Of a stretch of DNA of 64,000 bases, positions 42,135 through 56,808 are shown piece after piece; the stretch's first letter is position 1, and the number at the start of each line of letters is the position of its first letter. A program made the position numbers and the translations under genes. Source of the DNA: Eledone cirrhosa (Eukaryota); the NCBI GenBank assembly GCA_964016885.1, contig OZ024740.1, positions 375,658,001 through 375,722,000 on the forward strand. The letters run 5' to 3'. The notes beneath the pieces were generated by a model. The model made no database searches. It saw nothing but the letters and a program-made list of their open reading frames with translations, and was not told the DNA's origin.

Positions 42135-44989
42135 TGTAGATATATACAGATATAGATAGATTGATAGATAGATAGATAGATAGATATTTATATATATATA
42201 TATATATATATACAAATAGAGTAGGGAGAGAGGGAGAGAGACAATCATATCAAGTAGATCTCACCTTTGGTTAAGAGGATGAAGTGCAAAAGTATCCACT
42301 TGATTGAATATTTTCAAAATCTCTTTTAATCGACCCCGTTCCAATTATGTTGAGTGGGGCATTTTGTGGAACGTCTCAGATTAATAAAGGTTTGTTTACT
42401 TTAAAATAGATTAGGTGTTGTTACAGTCAGGATCAAATAGTTATTTGGCGTCAAGATGGTTAAATCCTGATTCTGAAACACTCTGAAGCTGATGATCTGT
42501 CAAACAGAGGGTGATGAGGTCAAGCACCTCATGTCATGATTACCTGGGTTCACAACAAACCGGTGATCCATGAAGTGAGTTACTTGGTTAGCAAGTAATG
42601 GATATTTTGTTAGGGGTTTCACATGGTTTATACTCTCGAAATATATATTAATTAGTTTCATTACATATCTGAGGATGAGCTTACACAACTGAATGATATA
42701 ACAATGTTGGTTATCATTATGTTTGGCTTTACAAAAGTCCCAATGCTGATAATCAAAGAGAAGGAAATATTAAATTGTATTTGGCTCAGTACCTCACATT
42801 TGAGATCGGAGAAGGGAGTGCAGCAGAGTCAGGATTGAAATAGAATAGAAGTGACATTAAGTGTAGAACGTTTTCAAGATCACTGTAGAGAGATAGCAGA
42901 AGAGTGAAAGAAAGAGAATGAAAGAGGGAGATGTATACAAAGTGACAGATATTGATGTCTGCAGGGTTAGTTTAGGTTTCAAACATGGCTTCAAGATACA
43001 TTTACACAAGACACGTACATGGTTGAAGGATCTATGAAACAGACATATACAGATCTGTTAAATATTTATCTTGATTGCCACGTGCAGAGATGATTGCATA
43101 AGCGTGTGTCAATTGCTGAGGCATTTTCAAGGCAAATTGTTTTTAAAAATACAATATGTGTGAAAATGTGTCCGTAGGTAGAGTGTTTGCAAGAAGGTTA
43201 AGTGAATTAGCTGCTGTTTGGAGTGTCATGCATGCGGGTTTGTTTTCCGGGTGTATTGAAGCAGTTGCGATAAATGCAGATTGTTTGACATCCCTGAAAT
43301 TTGAAAATTAATTTACTACGATAATTGATATGAATATTAGTACTGTGAAGAATGCAAGGAATCAGTATTATGCCAACTTCTCTTGCGACGAAAGGGATTG
43401 TACATTCATATGTATATATGTGTGTGGGAATTTAAGTTTACGGTCTTTTTCGAACAGCTGGAGTGACAACATAACATATATCACGTTAGCTGCCGTACAT
43501 AGAAACATCCCTTATAGATGTTTGTTCTTGTAGTTAGAAATTATTCATACGTGCATTAATTCTTTTAGAATTTTATGGCGTATATTAGCTTTATTTCTTA
43601 GATTGAGAGAAGTCTCAAGCTTTTCATTTAAGAAATGACGTCCATTCTCCCAAAGGGATAATAATGTAAAGTAAATTATGACTAGTATTTACACTGCTTT
43701 CCTGAAAAGAAAATATTTAAGACGTTAATGACGAATATTTAAGACGTTAATGACGAATACCTCAACAATAAGAAATATCTAAAGATATTTTACATTGTAA
43801 AAATCCTCTGATACATCTAACTACATTACACAACCCGTTACAAACTTACTCGGTTTTTGCCAGACATTTGGTCTAATATGTATTGAGAATCTCTGATTCT
43901 GTTTTCGATACGCATGACTCGTTTTAGCACGGCCACATAACCTGTTACTACATATCTTGATGCATATTTTAAGATTGAAGACCAAATTAAAAAATGTTAC
44001 TGCATAGATGATGGACATGTGACTAGACTGCCTTTTCGTCCACATATTATGCGTTGATTGGTTTTTTTACTTTTTCTAAATGATTAACCTGCATTTGATA
44101 TTTGCTTCTTATTTTTTGTATGGGATTTCTTCTTTACCCGTTTTCATCTACCAGTAAAAACTAATCCTTCTTTTCCTGTCTTAGTCTTTTGTGCAGTTTC
44201 TATGTTTTCCATATTTTCGTTCAGATATACCAGTTTATATTCTGGTTTTGCGTTGATATTTTTATTATTTTTTTACTTTCTTGTTGATATTAATTTTACG
44301 TTTAATTTTCTGCTATATTCTTGTAAACTGTTCTTTTTTTAAATTTCTACTCTATTATTCATAATTTCCGTACATATAGTGAAGTATTACTTTTCTTAAA
44401 TTTCTCTTATTCAAATAATCAGCTTCTCTTTGCTCGCGTCAAATTATTTTCTAAACCATATGAACATTACTTTGTAATAGACAGAGCAATACTTCTCTAT
44501 TTGTATTGAGCCCTCTTTACTTTAGAGGTAGAGCATGCACATGATTCGCAGATTTATTTCCTATGACCATGAATCAATTTAACTGTCAAATGCAGCTGCA
44601 ACTTATAAAATGAATGCCTAATGTATATCTAAAATCTATTTTATTTCTATTCCAAATAAAATTACTTATTTCAATTTCCAATATATTTAATATAAGGTAT
44701 ATTATCAGTCACATCTATAACACAGAAGATCCTGCCGATCTAATTAGACAATTCATTCACGAATGATATCTTAATATTTCCAGTTACAATTTATTTAACT
44801 CGTTTATTGATAAACACAATACAGTAAAATATATACACTCCCATAGTAAATGTTATACTACAATTCAACATTCATGAAATAATAAATAATAAATAGATTA
44901 AATGTTTTACACAAAAAGGGAGTTTTAATTCATCCATAGACAGTGTAACCATTTATGGTTTCTTTCATTTGTGTGTGTGTGCAGGTGTG

Positions 44990-45048
<59 letters not shown>

Positions 45049-45114
45049 CTCCATATATGTATATATATATATACATATATGTGTATATATATATATATAT
45101 GTGTATATATATAT

Positions 45115-45502
45115 AGGCCGGTCGGCATTTTTTCTCTCTCTCGTCTACGATTTCACAGAACTTAGGTTTACCGAATTCACGGACTAGACCCCTTCTTCCT
45201 CCCGTTACACCTGTGCGAAATTCCTTCATTGCTCACATTTCAACCAGGTTTGATGGTCTTTATTCTCTCTCGTTCACGATTTCACCGAACTTATATTCAT
45301 GGAAATTTAGGACTTGGACTCGTTCTTCCTCATTTTTCGTTGCTTCACCATCTTTGTTTGTTTACACTCCCGCTGTTCCCTTTATTTACATGTCCCAACG
45401 ACTTTCTTTAGCCGTTGCTCGCACCAACCGGAGGTATATGGTCTTTAAAGCGAAGAAATACCGATGATGGTTGGAAGAATACTGATGAAGGACCACTTTA
45501 TT

Positions 45503-45505
<3 letters not shown>
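45115..45505 (+). repeat. Diverged single relative of the 525-bp unit
   Basis: Shares tgtcccaa..ttagc..ttgctcgcaccaacc..ggtatatg..atacc..ggttgg..ctgatgaaggac. Confidence 0.75.
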
Positions 45506-45562
<57 letters not shown>

Positions 45563-45568
<6 letters not shown>

Positions 45569-45932
45569 TATTGAAGTTTGCTTGAAGCATTGTGGAACAA
45601 TAAATAAATATCTTTAAGTCGTTTGGAAGCCTCGACAATGCAAATGGGTAAATCTCCCGGTAACAAGGTCCGGTGGTGGAGAGAGAGATGTAAGTGGGTG
45701 TACGTTGAGATGCGTGGTGTGTATAAGATGTGTGAGATGTGTAGAATGAAGGGAAGAGTATAAAGGATAGAATAAAAATAACAACACAAGAGAGAGTTAC
45801 CTTGGGAGAGATTTAATAGTCCCTATATATTTCGGATTTACATCCATCAACTGGGGTTTTTTCCGTGGTGGGGGAAAAGGTTGTCTGTCGGACAGGTCCG
45901 GAATGCGTCCTTCGCTGTTTGTTGTTTTAAAT
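45563..45932 (-). mobile_element. pLTR fragment, copy of 9050-9420
   Basis: High-identity reverse complement, bounded by (TA)n. Confidence 0.85.
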
Positions 45933-46148
45933 ATATATATATATATAACCCTGAAATATGTTGAAATGAACTGGATAAGATAAAATTATCTGTCACCCTT
46001 TTTTCATTAAACATCTCTACCGGTTTTGTAGCGGTTTTCTGAAATACTTACCAATCAATTATTACATACATCACAATGCTTCATTTTAACTATAGTACAT
46101 GTTATGTCATACATACACACACACAAACACACACACATATACACATAC

Positions 46149-46200
<52 letters not shown>

Positions 46201-46848
46201 GAAAGGTATAGAAACATTGTAGCGAAAAACCAACAGTATTCCATAATATATAAGTGACTATAGCGTCAAAATGGGAAAAATAGTTAACGTAAGATGCGGG
46301 AAAAATAATTCAAACTCATCTCAAAGAGAATCAGGATATAGATTCATCCACAGAATTTAGTGAAATCCAGGGAAAAATCAATCGAGCCTTAACTCATGAT
46401 AAAATAAAGTTTAAAATACTCATCCTTCAATTTGGAAAAACCTCAAATGCTCTGTATAGTCTTAAAGACTATTTTACAAAAACTTTCAGTGGAGATGGTC
46501 ACGGTTGGAATTCGATCCTCATCAGAGCTCAACTCGATAACCAAGATTCTCACAGATTAATATGCCAAAAAGGGATTTTAAAACAGGCTAGTTCACCATC
46601 ATGCGTGATTATGAAAAATAAAACGCACATGAGGAAAGACAGGGCTGGCGACGTCAGAATGAGACGAATGTTTGTTTACAAGAAACAACAGTAAAAAACA
46701 TTCCGAAAAAAAAACTCTACAATAAGGAGTTCAGCAAAAAGCAAATATTATCACGGTTTTTTATAAAAAAAATACCGAGATTAGTCACAAATAACTTAAG
46801 CACCCTAGGAAAGAAATCCGAGTACCTAAATGTATATATATATATTAT

Positions 46849-47048
46849 NNNNNNNNNNNNNNNNNNNNNNNNNNNNNNNNNNNNNNNNNNNNNNNNNNNN
46901 NNNNNNNNNNNNNNNNNNNNNNNNNNNNNNNNNNNNNNNNNNNNNNNNNNNNNNNNNNNNNNNNNNNNNNNNNNNNNNNNNNNNNNNNNNNNNNNNNNNN
47001 NNNNNNNNNNNNNNNNNNNNNNNNNNNNNNNNNNNNNNNNNNNNNNNN
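46849..47048. other. Assembly gap (200 N)
   Basis: N run. Confidence 1.
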
Positions 47049-47163
47049 TCTCACTATTTAAAAATGAAGCATTGTAATGTATGTAATGATTGATTTGTAA
47101 GCATTTCAGAAAGCCGGTACAAAACCGGTAGAAATGTTTAAAGAACATAGTATGACAGATAAT

Positions 47164-47365
47164 TGTTTCTACTTTAGGCACAAGGCCAGAAATTACCCAG
47201 TGCATTACTGGTACTTTATTTTATCGACCCCGTAAGGATGAAAGGCAAAGTCAACCTTGGCGGGATTTTCAAATCGTAAAGGGACGTAACTATGCTGGAA
47301 AGCATGGCGTCCGACCCTCTACCGATACTGCCAATCCACCTCTACCGATACTGCCAATCCACCTC
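47164..47365 (-). mobile_element. Full-length tRNA-derived SINE with 18-bp TSD
   Basis: TSD catagtatgaca(g/t)ataat at 47146-47163 and 47366-47383. A box tggcagtatcgg lies in a 23-bp tandem duplication. The inverted homologue at 45950-46095 lacks the SINE. Confidence 0.9.
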
Positions 47366-47902
47366 CATAGTATGACATATAATGTTGTCTTATCCAGTTC
47401 ATTTCAACATATTTCCGAGTTAACACCCTCTTTTCAAATCAATGCAAATACGAACGATGTGTTCTCACTTCACTGATCCTAGTGTTTTAATGCGTGTGCT
47501 TAGGCAATCATAGAAGCTAGTCTGCTTCGTGTAGTACTGCAATATTATTTAATTGTGGCTCTAGCTGTTGATTATTAAAGCTTCCTTAATTTCTAAATTC
47601 GCCATATTCCTTTCCGACACTTCTAGAAGGATGCCATGAGAAAAAGTTTAATTTATTTTGTGTTATTTGTTATCCTTTGCTCTTAATATATTTCTCCCGT
47701 ATAGTACTGCCTTTGTGAAATACTTATCAATCAAATATTAGCACACGCTCACACACACGCGCGCGCGGGCGCACACAGACACAGACACACACACACACAC
47801 ACACACAATATATATATATATATATATATATGAGAGCGTATGTTATAACACTCATATATCTTGACAGTCAATTTTGATTTGCAATAAAATTCCAACCAAT
47901 AT

Positions 47903-47943
<41 letters not shown>

Positions 47944-48020
47944 CCTGATGACGCAATGAAATTCTCAACAGTTCATTACGTAACTGTCTTTATCCCATTG
48001 CAGAAACTAATTAGTTGGAG
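47944..48020 (+). ncRNA. Hammerhead with long stem II; stem I truncated by (TA)n
   Basis: CTGATGA c gcaatg..acagtt-cattacgt-aactgt..cattgc a GAAA ctaattag TT ggag. Confidence 0.7.
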
Positions 48021-48083
48021 TGAAAATTTAAGTAAGTAAGTTAATTGTTTTTAATTTTTTTTAAAAATTTTTCTTATTTTACG

Positions 48084-48145
<62 letters not shown>

Positions 48146-48721
48146 GGCCCAGACAGTCCTTATCTACTTACAACTGGAGGAGTACTGCTATCAATCCCTA
48201 GAGCAGCGAACTGCATAGCCTCTTCATCACAATTAATAAGGATATTCCAGATTCAGGAGTAATAATGTAAATGCTGGAATAAATAAATTTATTATCTCTG
48301 TAGCGTAATTACATACACAGTAGCACAAATTATCTTTGCCATAACGAAATACTAAAATGCAACCATAGGTTAATTTTCCCTGAATACTATAAATTATTCC
48401 TCATAATATAACCGACTCAATATAATTTTTTTATTGGATTGCGGTCATTATTAAAAATGTCCTAATAATTCTCGAACGCTTCCACAGTACCGACCGACTT
48501 GTACATAACTTTGGCAACGAATTTTATTCACCTTCCGAGGCGATGTGAAATTCGGATTTTTCAGCACGGATCTCACTAATGTATTGGATGATACAATCCC
48601 ACACTAGAACGATGCATATTAAACACCTAATTATAGTGAAACACGTTTAAATAACTATTAATTAAAGTTAAGAAAACAATTCCACATTTTCTCTTTCAAT
48701 ACCACCATTGTGTGATCTCTC

Positions 48722-48782
<61 letters not shown>

Positions 48783-49519
48783 GTATATATATATATATAG
48801 GTGTTGTGAAATTGTTTTAATGTTAATGGTGCAACTGAGTCACCAATAACCCGTTGTTCGCTCTTTCACCCGATCCCACTGATTTGCCTACCCACCACGG
48901 TCAGAATTAAATAATATGTCTCAAAGTTTCCTTCCTCACCTTTCATTGTTTTAATATATAAACGTAATAATTATGACTTGAAACAACTGGTAATGCAGGG
49001 TTGAATCATAGTCTTATGATGAATACTCTCAACTTCCATACTAAGTGTTAATGGTTCATTATGTATGAATGTATGGAGGTGTTAAACGCGTTAGAACTAA
49101 ACAAAACTATTGATTGCATAAGAGACTCGTTAAGCCATTCCTCTGTTAGTGCGGAAACGGGTGGTTTGTATTATCTTCTAATTGACTTGGTGTTCCTTTC
49201 TCTTTCATGCCTTGCTAAAGGGATTGCTTTTTTTTATATGCTGCATATCCAATATCAATGGAATCAATAGGCTGGCAAATATATTTCGGCAACTATACAT
49301 TTCCATTATTATAGTCAGTATTAGTAACCACTATCTGTTAGTTACCAGCATGCAACCAATCCGCACACCACTTCTGCTCTTCTGGCTACATGCTATTATC
49401 TTCCAGATTAACAAACGAACCTTTAGCATGTACGATATGTCAGAAGGGTCTTAAATTCTTTATTGAAATTTATATTGGTGTTTACTTTAGAGTACGTTTC
49501 GTGTTTGGGCCTTTTAAAG

Positions 49520-50600
49520 TTAAATATGAAATTTACTCTGTAGAAAATAGATGATTTGGATCATCTTAATAATAATGTGAACGCTATTACTATGGATTCA
49601 TAAATTTTCGTTAAGTATTTTTTCTAGAGTGCAGGAAGTATATTTATCAATTCCGAGAACTTTCCTGTTGCTAGGAGACTTTATTAAATTGGTGAATTAT
49701 ATGATAGATATGCTGGCGACATTAGTGTTTATATTGGTTTGTTTGCCTGGCATTCTAATCTATTTGCTGTTTGTTTGTATTCGGAATTCTCTTTCCTAAT
49801 CTTTCCGAATATGCAAGGATCTCTGTTGATATTTGCTGCTGATATATCTCTAAAATATTTTTAACATTTTCATTGTATTTTTCTGTAGTGTTTGTATTGC
49901 GTAACTTAACGGCGCAAATGAGCAACCCGTTATATATATTAATGCTTTTTTTGCTTTTTCTACTTTTTCTAGGAAATATATAACGTGTTTAATTCATATA
50001 CTTGTTGTGTATGTGTACGTCGTGGCCGTTTTGTTATGTATTTTTTCTGTATATCACTTAATAATTCAAAATGAAAATATTGTTTATCGTATAGTTCTCT
50101 GTTCTCTGTTCAGCCCCACAAATTGATATTCACTATTTCCGGAACAATATATCTTTGCAGATATATCATCCTTAATCTTCATTACATACTGTGGAGAGAT
50201 TCTAAAGATTAGGTTTACATTTTCCGTCACATATAAGACTCATTTTCTCACATCACACAATTTTCAGCTAGTGTTGTAATTTGGCTTTTTTCTATTTCCA
50301 CACTGAACAACGTTTTTATTCATGGCTTTTTCATTACATCGGCACTTGTTGGCATTACATTAGTCATGGCTAATATATTCCAGGATCAACAACTATGGAA
50401 CCATCATAAGATGTGTTCTGTAAGTCAATCCATACTATGCCATTCCCAGAATCTTTTTCTCCTAAACTAATTGGGCATGGCTTTGTTTAATAGTAATTGA
50501 TATTGACTTCCATAGGTTTAGTATTCATAAAGAAATTTTTTTCATAACTTATGTGGCTTTCATGTATTGTTTCTTTTATCCTGCGAATTACAATTATTCA
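49520..50600 (-). mobile_element. Ancient non-LTR RT remnant (R4/Dong-like)
   Basis: Decayed VWIDLQ..YDMVP..ILE near 50370-50435. Confidence 0.4.
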
Positions 50601-52829
50601 GTTTGTTATTTCAACGTTAAATGGTGCCCTTGATATATGGTTTAGTCGGTTCAAAGCAAGGCGTATTGATTTTATTTATTTAAATAATTTCTGCCTAATG
50701 TTATTGAGTCGTTTAGGATATTCACTCTCAATTTTCAGAAATACTGTCCGAGAAGCTCACAAGATCATGACACCCTCCCCCACTCACTTGTTCTCTATCC
50801 ACAGATTGTTAATAATATGTAATAGCCGAATATATAAGCCAGCTATCAACTGAAAATATTATGAAGAGCAACCCATCACTTATATTTGATAAGGAAAGGA
50901 GGCAAACGTTCATGTTTATTGCAATGGTTACAGTTAACATATTCCTGAAATGAAGTATCTCATCAGCTTAAGCGGGTAGCAGATTAAAAAGTGCATACAC
51001 AGACGCTGTTCTCAAATGTGATTTTAAAAAGTGTTTGGGGTTTCTTTATATACGGCGTCAGACTGAGAGAATGCAATGATTTTTGTTTAATGTATTGTGA
51101 ATGTGTTATTCCTTATTTTGGAGATTTTTGTTGAAATAATGTTGTTTTATACTGTCTATTTTAATTCGACCGTATTCGAAGTGAATATTTGCACTTTTGA
51201 ATGTAATCATTGTGATGTAGCCAATCGCTTAGGCCATAGTGGCCAATAGAATTATCATTGATTTACAAAAAGGACTATTACATTTAACTTTAGTATTGGG
51301 GTATGTTCAATTACATCGATCACAATACTTAACATTCCCTTTATAGTTCAATCCCTGTAGAAAGAGAGGCAAAATTGACGACGGTGAAATTCAACTGAAA
51401 AAGATAAAGAGATGATATTAATTCCGCATGACATTTTTTCTGACATGCCAACGATTCTACCAAGAGGATATAGCCCTATTTATCATGTAGTAGAGATACC
51501 ACAGACTTGAGACATTATTTAGAATACACATTATTTAGAATACACAATGAATCGGAAACCATCTCACACTATAAACGTTAAAATAAAAGCATCTTACTTT
51601 TATTTATTTATTTTTATTCTACAATGAAGGAAAACAAGGATGCCTATCCTACGTTTTATTTATATCTTTTAGTTTTGTATTTCATGTTAATGGTTGCCTA
51701 GACTAATAATAACGTATTCCAGGGTGGTATGACTGTTCATAAAATATATACGGTTCGAACGTACGCAATTAACATTAGTCTGGCATAGGAAGACTGTAGC
51801 ACTTGTTAATATAATTATGTATTGATGTTTTCGTAAGACAGAAAAATTAGCATTGGTTTATGTGAAATGAAAAGACATATGGAATATGAGTAAGACAGCT
51901 TAAAATAAACTTCCATGTAAATGGTTCTGTCATGATCTTTTCTTAATGGGTTTACTTTATCTAAGCATAAAGATACATTTATCAACATGATCTGAAAGGA
52001 CAAGCATTATTCAGGATGAATGATTTAAGCAAGTTGTGTCGATTCCTTTTTAAAACTATTCTGAATCATTGATGTATGCCTAACAGATAGAATTAGTAAT
52101 GCCAAATCCTGCATATTGCGAATATGGAGGTATGGATGTTTCGAAAGAACTTTAGGAAAGCTATTAAAGTGTCTGCAAACGCATATAATAGTTTTGCTTT
52201 ACAAAGTCTGTGATTGGCTAGCTGTCTTACGATTGTTGGCTATAACTTATATTGTTTTACAAGAAGTACCACATGAAATGTTTTTATTATATTTTATCTA
52301 GTCGTTATATCGAACAGTAAATCACATACATTGTTATAAAATTACTTATCCTTCATTTAAGGCAAGATATAAGCGCACATTCCTACTACTCTCTTTTGGG
52401 ATAACTCATTTAACATATTCTGATATTGTGATTTATACTACTAGCAACGTACAAAGTAATGCAACGTACTACTATTTATACTACTTGCAACGTACACAGT
52501 AAAAGACAACGTACGAAGTGATACAATTTCTTTATTTCGCATATACCTCTAATTGTATATACCTATAATGCGCTCTATGGTATGGGATGGAAATATATAT
52601 CGACACGTTATGTGTTATGCGATCATGTTGACATAAGTTTCAATTTATTTGAAACACAACTAGAAATCATAAAGATCATGATAATATAACATCATAAATG
52701 TAAAAATATATAAACAGTTAAAAACTGAATATATGAAATTAGTCTATGCATGAGCAAATTATGAAAGAGGGGATGGATGAGTTTCCTTTCGATAGACACG
52801 GGACAAACTAATTTGGCATTATTTAACAG

Positions 52830-53110
52830 AAGACGCCATGCTTTGACGCATAGAGCTACGGCCCTTGCCATTCTGAGTTCAAATCCCGCCGAGGTTAACT
52901 TTACATTTCATCCTTACAGGGTCTATAAAATAAAGTACTGGGATAATTGCTGCCATTGTGCCAAAAGTAGAAACAATTATTTAACAGATTAGCTTTAAAT
53001 TTCAACCTTAGGCGGTCGATAAAATAAAGCACCAGTAACGAACTAAGTTCGATTTAAACAATTCTCCTACCCCAAATTTACTGGCATTGTGCCTATAGTA
53101 GAAATCATTA
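52830..53110 (+). mobile_element. Two adjacent SINE copies
   Basis: B box gagttcaaatcc, family core, and agtagaaacaattatt tail; a second partial copy follows. Confidence 0.8.
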
Positions 53111-53865
53111 TTTAACCGAGCTACTACTTAACTCGTCGAAGTCTGTACAATGAATCAAAGAAAACTACTCTTAACCACAATGCATTGGTGTCTTGATGCT
53201 GATTTAAGGTACCTGGTGAACAGGAAGAAGTGTTTTTTTATTAATTACATTTTTTATGATTATACAGTTTGGTGTGCTAGGCAAAGCCAATAGTGGCACT
53301 TTTCCTTTCTAGCAAACAATTTAACGCCAGCAAGAGTACTAAAAATTAGCCGGTTGAATGTACGTGTCACGTCATTCAAGCAAACATAAGTCCAAGCTGA
53401 TTCATATAATCTAATATTTCAGCTCAGTGCCGTGTTTCTTTATATGTACTTTTATTTTATTTCATTTTTTTTGACAACCGTCATCCTGGATCATAGTTCC
53501 TATCATATATCTATATAACGTAAACTGAAAATGTTACCACTAGTGTGATTAATAAACATTATGAAATCGTTGACAATATCATGTTTAGAATGCATTTTCC
53601 AATTCCTATAGGTAACACGGCAATGTAATGAATTGTGCATAACACTTCCGTTTTTCTAAATTACTCTGGGATATTTTTAGACTGATATTCCTTTTCTTTT
53701 ACATTCTTATTTATTCAGACGGAGGGCACTGCTTTTAAACTTACTCAATATAATTTATTAAGTGTTATATAATATAGATTATTTCAGGAATTGCCAGAAT
53801 ATTGAGAGGATTTTATATGAAATGAAACAGGAAACTGAGAGGATTTCATATGAAATGGAATTTTA

Positions 53866-53947
53866 AAGAAGAAGAAGAAGAAGAAGAAGAAGAAGAAGAA
53901 GAAGAAGAAGAAGAAGAAGAAGAAGAAGAAGAAGAAGAAGAAGAAGA
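53866..53947. repeat. (GAA)n trinucleotide repeat
   Basis: Direct reading. Confidence 0.98.
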
Positions 53948-56621
53948 TTGAATAGACAAAACTGATAATGGCAGAAAGCCAATGAATAAGACAAAAAAGA
54001 AGGACGATGCTAATGAAATTTGGTAGTATTGAATATAATTTTAGTGATGATATCTGATTTCCCTACGGTAGTGGTAATGATAAGCATGACTATGCTCGTA
54101 CGGTATGTACTAATTAAATAATAAATAGATAGCAAAATTGCTTCTGATCTATTAAAATGTTCAAAGCTACAATTCGCTTAAATTACCTAAATAACTATAC
54201 GGAGTCGTATGAACGTGAAGCAATCTCTATTCCAATATAACTGTGGTGTTATTTAGGTGTTATAACAATATAATAATTCCTATTGCTCCTTATAATCAAG
54301 TGATAAATTTCATTAAATAGTCAGAAACAAATGTACTTGTATGTGTAATGTACTTTAAACACAGACGTAATTGCCACGACAAATACCAAGTATTATCTAT
54401 TTCCATAATTTGTGCATCTAGTTTTGTTACATATATAAAAACTTGGTTTGAGTTATATTTTAGATAGTCTCAAGAAACAAAAACAGAAAACTTCAGTTAT
54501 TTTTCAAGTGCACCAATAATTCTAAATATTTACATTCTATATATTCGGTATAATTATTATACCGATTTTATTCTGATGTATTTTGCGCACATTTATGTTC
54601 CCACTTTTAAAATGCAAATTGTATCCGAAAATAACTTTCTTATTCAGTTACATTGCCATTAATAATGTCAGGAGATATGACCAAATGTAACGCATTTTCA
54701 TGAATAATCATATTGAAGCAATACGAGAAACCTAATGCTAAAATTAACATAAAACTAAAAGGAAATGATATTACGGTAGTGATATTGAATGTTAAGTTAT
54801 ATTTAAGATCATATTTCTATTTTTTCCAACCAAAATAGATTACAATCTACATTGTAAGTTTTATCATAATTTTATATTGAAGAGAGAATTATATATTTAC
54901 ATTGTAAGTTTTATCATAATTGTATATTCAATAAATACTGCCCTTAATATGATGTATGCTTAAGGTATAATCACCGAATGTTCTGCGAATTTGATAAATA
55001 AATAATATGTAAATATTTACAATTGTATAGATTATAACCATTACTTACTATGGCAACTATATTCTGATTATAAAATCATTACGGTACCTTACAGGATCAC
55101 TAATATTTATATTGCATACATTTTGTCTCATTCAGTTTATAACATCATATGATCTTCCAAAATGAACGAAACAAATCAACTAGAATCCTCAATTAAAATG
55201 TTGTAATACACTTATCCACGCTACAATTCTACATCTTTCATGCTCTGTATAGTGCCCAGCATCAGATTACAATCATAACAATACACTCTATTACACAAAT
55301 ATGAATCTCACTATCAGAAATATAGGGATCCCAGACAATAGCCTACAACCAAAACCACATTTTATAATTTCTCTGTTCCAATCTGACTTCACTTACACTA
55401 CAATCTAGTTATCATTTTGGAACCTGTAAAACATCTACCAGCCAACACCGGGGTCTATATAAGCGGGGTCACTGTTAATCCGAAGCGGCAGAAATTGTTT
55501 ACCAGAAAGATATTGGATTTGCATCATCTAAGATTACAATGTATTACTTCATATTCTTTGAATGCTTAACAGGAAGATTATGTACGTCGTTTTAAAGTGA
55601 TCCTCGAAATTCTGCTGTTTAAAAAGAAACTTAATGGCAAATATTGTACAGATTACGCTTCTTTCAAAATATATTTCAATCTTTACATATGAATTTCTTT
55701 GATATGTATCTGTAGATTACATACTATTCAGTTGACCTTGTCAAATTGTTGGTTAATTAAACTTCACCCTATATCCATGTTATTCATAGAGATCCAAATA
55801 TTGCACTTGAATTTAAAGGATAGGTTGGTTGAAATGTAATGTTGATGTAAGCAGAACAGATAAGATCTAAATTTTCTATAAACACTTGAAAATTATTTTT
55901 CTCCTATCGGTTGGATCTAACATTATTATCATTTACTTTTAAATATTCTTAGAATTATCATATCACCAATTAACAGGTCAGTTATGAATTATGTTTTTCT
56001 TTGATATCTTTGAAAACATCATAAAACGCAAAACCCATTATCATCCACTGAAATTTGAAATATTGAAACTAAATCATTTTTTAGAACTACCGATAAAATT
56101 TATATCATCAGGCTAGAGATTCGTTAAGCTATAACAAACGTTAGTACAATAATTAAAATCCCATTAAATAGTATCAAGAATACGAGCTATCTTCATAAAA
56201 CAAATTTTCCACTAATGGATTTAATTTTAATTTTTTTTATCGGTCGTTCGGGAAGGGGGGTCAGTGTTTTGATCCTTTTCAGTATCTCTGAGACTTATGA
56301 GAAAAATGGAGGGACTAAATTAACACCAAGCCTGTGACCTGTCCAGAAAGCATGAAACAGTAAACGGTGCTGGCAATGCCGATTTACCAGGTAATAGTGC
56401 TAAAACATGGTGAGGGATTAATACTTTCATACAAGAGGTAGGCAGCATTTCCTTTTTTAATTTAAATCAAAATATTTAACTGCATGTTTGGTAATGTAAT
56501 GTTGATAAATACTCGAAAATTATTTTTCTCCTATCGGTTGGATCTAACATTATTAGGACAATGCTTCAGTGAATCTCAACTGGCACACCGTATTACATTG
56601 ATTCAAAATATTCATAATAAT

Positions 56622-56808
56622 TGTTTTTACTTTTGGCACAAGGCCAGCAATTATCCCAATGTATTACTGGTGCTTTATTTTATCGACCCCGTAAGGATGA
56701 AAGGCAAAGTTAACCTCGGCGGGATTTGAATTCAGGTCATAAAGGGCCGTAACTCTGCTGCAAAGCATGGCGTCCGACCTTCTACCGATACTGCCAATCC
56801 ACTGCCCA
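56622..56808 (-). mobile_element. Full-length tRNA-derived SINE with TSD tattcataataat
   Basis: A box tggcagtatcgg, B box gaattcaaatcc, family core, flanking direct repeat. Confidence 0.9.

Noticed and set aside
42400-43300. Minus-strand splice-acceptor-like sites suggesting host exons
   Set aside because: No sustained reading frame or recognisable protein.
55878-56555. ~50-bp direct repeat (55878-55928 and 56505-56554)
   Set aside because: Isolated local duplication with no element hallmarks between the copies.
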